A stretch of DNA of 64,000 nt. Origin: Strigamia acuminata. Lineage: Eukaryota. This document shows, piece after piece, positions 56,801 to 64,000 of the stretch; position 1 is the stretch's first letter, and every line of letters starts with the position of its first letter. Location of the stretch: positions 5,704,001-5,768,000 of the forward strand of contig OX442314.1 in assembly GCA_949358305.1 (NCBI GenBank), written 5' to 3'. A program made the translations under genes and the position numbers. The notes below the pieces were generated by a model, which worked only from the letters and a program-made list of their open reading frames with translations, was not told the DNA's origin and ran no database searches.

Positions 56801-59800
56801 TATGCTAATCCAGCTGAAGCACAACGATATGTGGCTAGCCTTAATCTGTCGATTAACCTACCGCTATCAAAAGAATTGGGAACCGTAAACAAAAGTTTTG
56901 GGCCACCAATATCAACGCAAAGGAAAGATATTCGGACTCCAAACAAACATTTACAGTCAAATAACGTACAACAACGTGCCCGATCGCCGATCACAAACTC
57001 ATGTTTGCGGACGTATGATTTGTCTACCAAGAAGAGTCCCCAGCCAAGACAATTCTACCTAACGCCCATTTCAAATCGAAAAAAGGTCAAGCAAACTTTT
57101 CCCTTGAAAAAGTATTACCAACACGATAATGAGAATGATTTTAAACCTAAAAAAGAAAGTTTTTTGACTAACCCACGGGAGATCCGGTATCAATTCGAAC
57201 AGTATTGTAAACAATACCAGTTAAATTCAGCTGAATTTAAAAATATAAACGAAGCGCAACAATTCGTATTTCGAAATCAATACCGTAACCAACGACTAAA
57301 ACCCGTCCCAGTCGTCAATCTGACGGAGATACAACAATTTGCGTCTGGAAAGCAACCCTGCAATATCCAGAATAATTCATCTCAACGAGAGGAATTAAGA
57401 ACTTCAAAAAAGCGTTTTCGGTCACCAAGTCCAGCTGGTGATGAAGAAACTTCAAGTACAAACCAACATGTTCAAAAACTGACTGAAAACCCAGGTTTCC
57501 AATCATCAGTTCCACGACTTAGAGTCAAATATAGATCCCCTCGTTTGTTGCGGGATTTCACAATTCCAAATATGGGTCCTTTCCACGTATGGTTTTCCAA
57601 TGAGGGTCCCATTCATGTATGGTTTTCCAGAGATGACCTAAAACAAAAAGTTGGGTCGTCACGGTCATTTACACTGCCAAGTCAGTACACTGTATGTAAC
57701 TGCCCAAAGGAAAAACGTCGAAAGAAATCAGTACAGCAGGCTGAGAGATCTCGGAAATTCGCAAATATGCGAGCTCAATATTTAGCAAAGAATCATGTTG
57801 ATTAACATGATATGATACACAAAGATTCCCCGATTATAGTGTAAACAGAAAATCCTCTTCTAAAAATCATGACCTCTCTTCTAAAGAAAAAGGGGACAAA
57901 ATATAAAGTTAAAATTAACAATTCTCGAAAAGTAATATTACAGTATTAAAAGACAACTAGTTTAAATTAAAATTAGTCAATTGTACAAAGAATACCAAGT
58001 GACTCCGGTCATGACAATTAAGGGGGACATTTTGATTCTTAAATTGTCAACTCTTATCATCTAAAAGCTATTTATTGTATATTTATAGCGATACATCTGA
58101 CTAGGCATATGAAATAAATATTTTGTGATAACACAAATAATGATTTTATGTATGACGAAAGTTTCTTCAAAAAGAAGACTTGGAAATAAATTCTGGACTT
58201 GAATTTAGGCTATTAGAAAAGATTATTTCGGCAGAAATCCAGAACTTAGATAATTCAAGTTAGTTTATGTAAACTCAAATTCGAAATTGGAAGTCACGGT
58301 ATCTCCAAGATACATCAAGTCCGAAAATAGCATTTATGCTAATTAGGAGAATAACGAAAACTCTATAAAATATTATATAGTTGTGTTATTAAGGGGGATG
58401 TATGACGGTTTACAATGGCTATAAATGCCTATTTTCTATCAAGAAAGCGCTGTTGCGCCAATATGATGGTATTTTTACAATATTCTGTGTAAAACTGATA
58501 AATGTCTAGAATAAAGTCATTTATGATGTTTCAAATACAAAGATGTTCGTTTATTAAGAATAAACACTAATTTCCACATGATACTAAAGTATCACGGCAT
58601 AATTACGAAGATTCGTCTGCTAAAACCCGCATTTGTCAATGCTCCATATTGCCACTAGATGGCGCGATCGCAATTAGCGATAAATTCGAATACGAACTTG
58701 AAAACCTCATGATTAAATATAAACGTATATTTAATCAAGTGAATAAATTGTGTTAAATATTAATATAAATATATATTAAATATCTGACATTGTTAAATAC
58801 AATGTAACTTCCATTTCTGCGGGACAGAATGTTTAGCGATCAATCGGTCAACCGATCAATCTGATTGGTGGAACCCATTTCCGGTCCTGGGTATCCAGTT
58901 CCGGTTGTAACAAGGATTAGCATAATTTGCATAAATGCTCCTCCGTATCCACTTCCGGTGATACGGGATTGGAGGGATTCGTGGAACCCATGTTCCAATT
59001 GGATGACTGGATTAATCCTTAAATCCAGTCAGGTTATATAAACCCAAACAATCGGCCATTCCGCAGCTCTGTTTGATTATTTTCTGTTTGGTATTGTTAC
59101 TTAAGAAATATGATTCGTTGTTCACGTAAAAAACCTTTTGGTTCTTTGTTGATTTATTCGCAAAGAACCGTTGCATGATTCTACAGAATCATGCCACCGC
59201 CGGCAATTGAAGTCGAAGTGCTGGGATTATTATGTTGCATAAATGTTACAGTCTACGGTTGCGACGCCGAAGGAGAACCCGCCGTTGTGCAATTCAGTAT
59301 CCTCCGGACAGGACCAAGTTGTCTTTTTCGGTATGAACGTATTCCGTTACCACGAGTAGCATCGGTATTGTTGAGAATTGGTTCCTTCACCTGATGGTGC
59401 CAAAGCAGTCTGTTTTACAGTAACCACGAGTAGCACCAAGTGTTTGGCAAGCTGATTCTCATGGTATTCGATGCCAAAGTAGTCGGTCTATTATTAGTAC
59501 CGCGAGAGATAAAACTGCTGTGCGGAGCCGCGAGCTATCGACCCCTGTGTACGTGGTGCCGTCAATCGCTAGACGAACGACCGTGCTGCGACGCCGGGGA
59601 CGCTTGATACCGTTCTGCATGGCAAGGCGTATAAATCTTTCGACGGCAATTGTGTGTTGCGACGGGAAGCCTAATCTTCATTTTATTTATAACAGCTAAA
59701 TATTAACTTGGCGACAAGTTGATTAACCAAGTCAGAAGACTTAACTACGATCACGATTACATCAAGACGCAAATGTAACCGATAAGTTGACGACAACTTA

Positions 59801-60323
59801 TCCACAAAATATCTGAATAAGAATTCACAACGATATGAATTAAGTATAATTCATAAGCGGAATATTGATAAGTAAATGAATACATTTACTTACACCAATA
59901 TCCTCCCAAAGTTGTGGCGGTGCAGACAAAGTCAACCGCAATGCTCAGATCATTCGATTTATCGACGTGCGATAATTTACACAGCGAACCAAGGAAACCA
60001 GCGAAGCCATATCGGACTCCAGGACACAGCCATCCGGCTTAGATGACATCTGTAAACCAGGTCGAGCGATGGGGAAACCGCTCCCTTATCCCAGACACGT
60101 AATGATATTATTATAAAGCCATTTGGCTAACTTGTTGTATAGTTTAAATAGTCAGTTAACTTGCCAAATGTTGGCATTAGTCTTATGTATAATTTAGCTC
60201 ACTGCATATTGTTTGCCAACAATAAACTGTCTTGTATTTATCTCGTATTGTATTCACTGTTTATTTATTGCGATCTCTTCCCGGTACCATTGTTAAATGG
60301 GAGTTGTGGTCGTCACCGTCACA
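50876..60323 (+). mobile_element. Element D: second copy of the C family (9448 bp)
   Basis: 1923-bp LTRs (50876-52798, 58401-60323); TSD ACCT; PBS at 52801 and 53036; interior nearly identical to C. Confidence 0.95.
56324..57805 (+). pseudogene. Element D copy of the cargo ORF with a nonsense mutation
   Basis: AAA>TAA at 56510-56512 relative to copy C. Confidence 0.85.
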
Positions 60324-61819
60324 ACCTGCGTGGGCAGTTTACAACAGCCATCCTGCAGCGGACTGAGGCCAGTTAGCTGAGGGACCTACTTTCATTTAGC
60401 AAGGTCGTACTGTATACGACCGTTATATTAAGCCACCGTACGAAATCCTACTGTCCCGTAGAACAGCTGGCTAACGTTACGGGGCCATTTCATGCGAATG
60501 CATGTCTATTACTGGAGTTGGCCTTCCCGAAAAGGCCCTACAACAACAATAACAATAGTAATGAATACCGATTGTGGAGAGCTGAGGTGGCCTGATGTGT
60601 CGATAAGAAAGTGAGATCAAACGATAACAACAATTCAATTACAGACATTTACAGTTATCAAGCCAGGGAGATAGTGGGTGAGAAACTGATGCTTATATAG
60701 TTCTGTAGAACTACTAGATTGGCGACAGCCAATCAGCGTACGAATCGGCGGATTCGTGGGTCACTAGGCCGGACCTAATATATGACTATGTCCAGATGGG
60801 CCCAGTTGGGGTCCGGAAGGGTCCGATTGGTTCCCTTCGACAGGTAAGTAATGTGGATATTGATTCGATAGAATCAACATTGTCAAGTAAATAATACTTA
60901 GTTTATATCGAATAAAATAGTTATATTTTATTCACCGTGTCTAAATAATTATTTATCACACTTTTAGTTTTATCGAGTTTGAATTACGCGCGTTTGGTAA
61001 ACAGCGCCATCTATTGTGAACATTGATAAATACGGATTTGTAATCATCACACATCCCCCGGTGACAATCATAGAGTTTACCAACTTTTTAATTGTCATTC
61101 TTAATGTATAAGAAATGTTCACCTAATTCTATCGAATTAATCCACTTGGTAAGTATTTTATTAAACTTAATCACGTTATTTCTTTCAGAAACTTCGTCAC
61201 CCGATTAGACTAATCGGCTTCCCTGTACAACGCAACTCCCGGTTGCTAAGCGACGGAAATGAACTCGTCCGAACATGGATACATGTTCGAGAAAATTAAT
61301 TTCGGTAGAAATTTTTATTTTCTCCGTCAAATAAACTTCATCATAGCTTATTAACTATCCAGATGATCAAGTAAAATAAATTTATGCAAAATTTTATTTA
61401 TTGGAAAATCTAAACTACTAACTTTTTATTACGATTGTCATAAAAAATTAACGAATCTCAACTTGAAATTCTTCAACGCTTCGATCAAAGCAAAAAACAA
61501 ACACAATTTTCACAAATAATTATGAAAAATAAACTAAACAATCACACATATGTTAATATGATTAATTCAAATAAACATCCAAATTGAATTCGAAAAACAA
61601 TAACAAATTAAATTGAATCCAATTTTTAAATTAAACTATACTCGTTTGAGCATTTAATGATTAGTTCAAGATCTTGAAACAAACAAACACAATACTCGTG
61701 GGAATATTTCGTAATTGCAAAAAACACAACAAAACACTTGGAGTATTTTTAGTCATAAAAATCTCCACTCGGAAAAATAACGAACGTTAATTTGTCCCTT
61801 CTAATCTTTCTTTTCGACG

Positions 61820-63307
61820 TCAGTCGAATCTTTCTCTTCCTTCGGCAGAAGTCAGGAGATCGGACTCTTCAGTCGCTTCAGTCGAAGCGGCAGAAAACAC
61901 AGCTTCTACGGAAGCTTCCATCTCTTCCGGACTTGGAGGCGGAAACGGCAGATCCTCGAGTAACTCTGCCACGAAATCGACAACGGAAAGCAATTCCTCG
62001 GCGTCTTCAAACTGTGCGTCATCCGACGTTTCAGACTTGGAAGCTGGAGGGGCGCTGGACACGTCGGTTACGGCCGCTGGAGGATCCTCCACGGGTTTAG
62101 CCGATCCTTCTACAGCCTGTCGAAGCTTACGGGCTCGCCCTCGTGCCAAGATGTTGGTTCGTTGAACCTTGGCAATTTCCTTTGCTCGGTCGAGCGTAAG
62201 ACAGCCTCGTCCTCGTGACATCGCTCTTGGTCGAACGAATTCCTCTACAAGCTCGCTTCCGACGCTTTCAGCGGCCTGGACAGTTTCAGTTGAAACTTCG
62301 GAGCTCTCGGACGGCGGCGGCGACTGTCGAAGGGGTTCGACTCGGACACCGGCGTTGGCCTCAGCGCGGGTCCAGGTGAGGAAGCGCGGGTCGATGTAAA
62401 CCGCTTCGCCACGACTATTCAGGAAAAGACGGCACTTTGGGCAGTGAGCCCAACATCGCTTCTCATTTGGCTTAATGCCTTTCACCACGTGGGGCTGAAC
62501 CTCCTTGCGCCACGGCTCCGAACGCGGTCGCGTTTTCCTTCCACGGCAATTTGGACAACGCATTAAAGAAGAACCTGCGGATGCACCGCAGCACCACCCA
62601 CAGCCGACGCAAAATGGGCAGATCGTCTCTGTGGCCTGGTCAGTCACGATGTTATCGTGAGGTATTCCGGCTGCCATGTCACGCTCGCACTGTTCTTTGC
62701 GCAGGCGGGCCTTCTCGTCCTTCTTTCTCGCCTTGTTGGCGGCTCGGTACTCGCGGTTGCGAGATACGGGCTCCGAAAAACGCAAAGCGCCCGGCGGCGG
62801 CTCATTCCATCCGTACTCTGATGCCGAAGATTCAGCGCCGGCAGGGAGACTCGCAACAGACGCTGATTGTCCTGCCAAAGTCGGTGCAGTCGCATTTGAC
62901 GTGTTGGCAACTGTTGGCGCCACGCTTGCAGTTGGCGGCCGGAATTCTGGTGAATGCGGGGCCAACGGGACGTTGATAACGTTCGCGGGTGGATACGCCA
63001 CTTGGGCCAACGGGGCCAATTGCGCCGACTCATAAACGGTTGGCTGTGCAGATGTGGATGGGGCCTGCATCATCGCATTTAAGTCGAGCGGGAGTCCGTC
63101 CGGATGGACGCTCAGCCAATTTAGCGTTGCTAATTGCAGTGGCGTCAGGGCATACATGGAGGCTGGTGCCGTTGGTATCGGTTGGGCCCTCAAATATGCA
63201 CGTTCGGCCGAACGGCGTTGCTCGTCACTAGACGAGGTGGACGAGCTGGAACTTTCATGACGGTGACGTCGATGACTCCGTTTCGAACGGTGTTTACTAC
63301 CTCCCAT
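61820..63307 (-). CDS. Element E accessory ORF (~495 aa) with a Cys-rich putative zinc-binding region
   Basis: ATG at 63307 directly after a TTTGCGTCTGCAG acceptor; CPFCVGCGWCC..CPNC and CWAHCPKC motifs; sense to element E and upstream of its PPT. Confidence 0.75.
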   Translation of the reverse strand: MGGSKHRSKRSHRRHRHESSSSSTSSSDEQRRSAERAYLRAQPIPTAPASMYALTPLQLATLNWLSVHPDGLPLDLNAMMQAPSTSAQPTVYESAQLAPLAQVAYPPANVINVPLAPHSPEFRPPTASVAPTVANTSNATAPTLAGQSASVASLPAGAESSASEYGWNEPPPGALRFSEPVSRNREYRAANKARKKDEKARLRKEQCERDMAAGIPHDNIVTDQATETICPFCVGCGWCCGASAGSSLMRCPNCRGRKTRPRSEPWRKEVQPHVVKGIKPNEKRCWAHCPKCRLFLNSRGEAVYIDPRFLTWTRAEANAGVRVEPLRQSPPPSESSEVSTETVQAAESVGSELVEEFVRPRAMSRGRGCLTLDRAKEIAKVQRTNILARGRARKLRQAVEGSAKPVEDPPAAVTDVSSAPPASKSETSDDAQFEDAEELLSVVDFVAELLEDLPFPPPSPEEMEASVEAVFSAASTEATEESDLLTSAEGRERFD

Positions 63308-64000
63308 CTGCAGACGCAAATAAATTATTTTATTAAAAATAATTCCACTCTAAATAATCATTCCTTGAGTCCAAAGAATTAAAACGTATTGTTCGCAACG
63401 AAAATACACAACTCGAGTTATTTATAACCCCTAACACGTGACACTAATGAGTCACATTCCCCTTGTGTTTATGACACGAAAATGGACTCGCCTGACAGCG
63501 ACTTTCATTGAAAATCGCAACTTGTTGATTTTTCAAAAAGAAAAAATCCCCGTAGTTTCTATAAACTATTTAATTCCATCTTTGAATATCAAAAATAAAC
63601 TTCGTATTAATTAATTAACACTTAGTCTAATAAATATCTCACATTGAAAATTCATCGTTAAATAATTTATCCAAGCCTCGACCGCGACTTGATTTAAATA
63701 ATTAGTGCCTACGTACTTAAATTTCAATAATTCATTATCGGAATTTAACACAAACTATTCGACTGAATAGTTAAACTTCCAGAGTGATTTAGTGCCAATT
63801 CACGTTTATAATACACGTGAACTTTTTATCGGGACGCCGATATTTCAATTGTTGCGAACAATTTTCCAATTCATTGGTCAAAGAATATATGTGAAAACTA
63901 CTTACTGTCGGAAGTGAAGCTTTCCTTGTTTGAAGTGAGGACCGGCTAAATAAATTAGCGCTGAAGTTTTTCCGAAGTCGAAAAAGTGAAGAGGAGACGA

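Larger units (their letters stand above)
49862..64000 (-). mobile_element. Element E: minus-strand LTR retrotransposon, 3' part only; its 3' LTR (49862-61051, ~1.74 kb net) is interrupted by D
   Basis: On the minus strand GGGGGATG precedes TGTGATGATT...AATCGTCACA termini; U3 segment resembles the C/D LTR; internal ~110-bp duplication at ~50320 and ~50600. Confidence 0.8.

Noticed and set aside
50876..60323. D as an assembly duplication of C
   Set aside because: Different TSDs, different host elements and copy-specific LTR variants show independent insertions

Overview
Eukaryotic (invertebrate-like) genomic window. It holds the last three exons of a host DEG/ENaC-family channel gene (5506-6623), followed by a dense nest of young transposons. 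Elements A (7806-20673, TSD ATAC) and B (25913-48862, TSD AAGT) are related Ty3/Gypsy LTR retrotransposons with tRNA-Pro-like PBS, gag, -1 frameshifted pol and a large non-Env third gene. In both elements that gene appears split by a conserved phase-0 GT-AG intron. Elements C (29938-39370, inside the gag of B) and D (50876-60323, inside the LTR of element E) are two copies of a non-autonomous ~9.4-kb LTR element. C/D has ~1.9-kb TA...CA LTRs, a duplicated tRNA-Gln PBS, a CTCF-like motif, no recognisable gag/pol, and a single orphan ORF behind a TATA/Inr-like internal promoter. Element E (minus strand, runs off the window) has an LTR related to C/D and a Cys-rich accessory ORF. Many MITEs (hAT, Tc1/mariner foldback, pogo/Tigger) fill the gaps. 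All comparisons were done by eye; no database searches were run.
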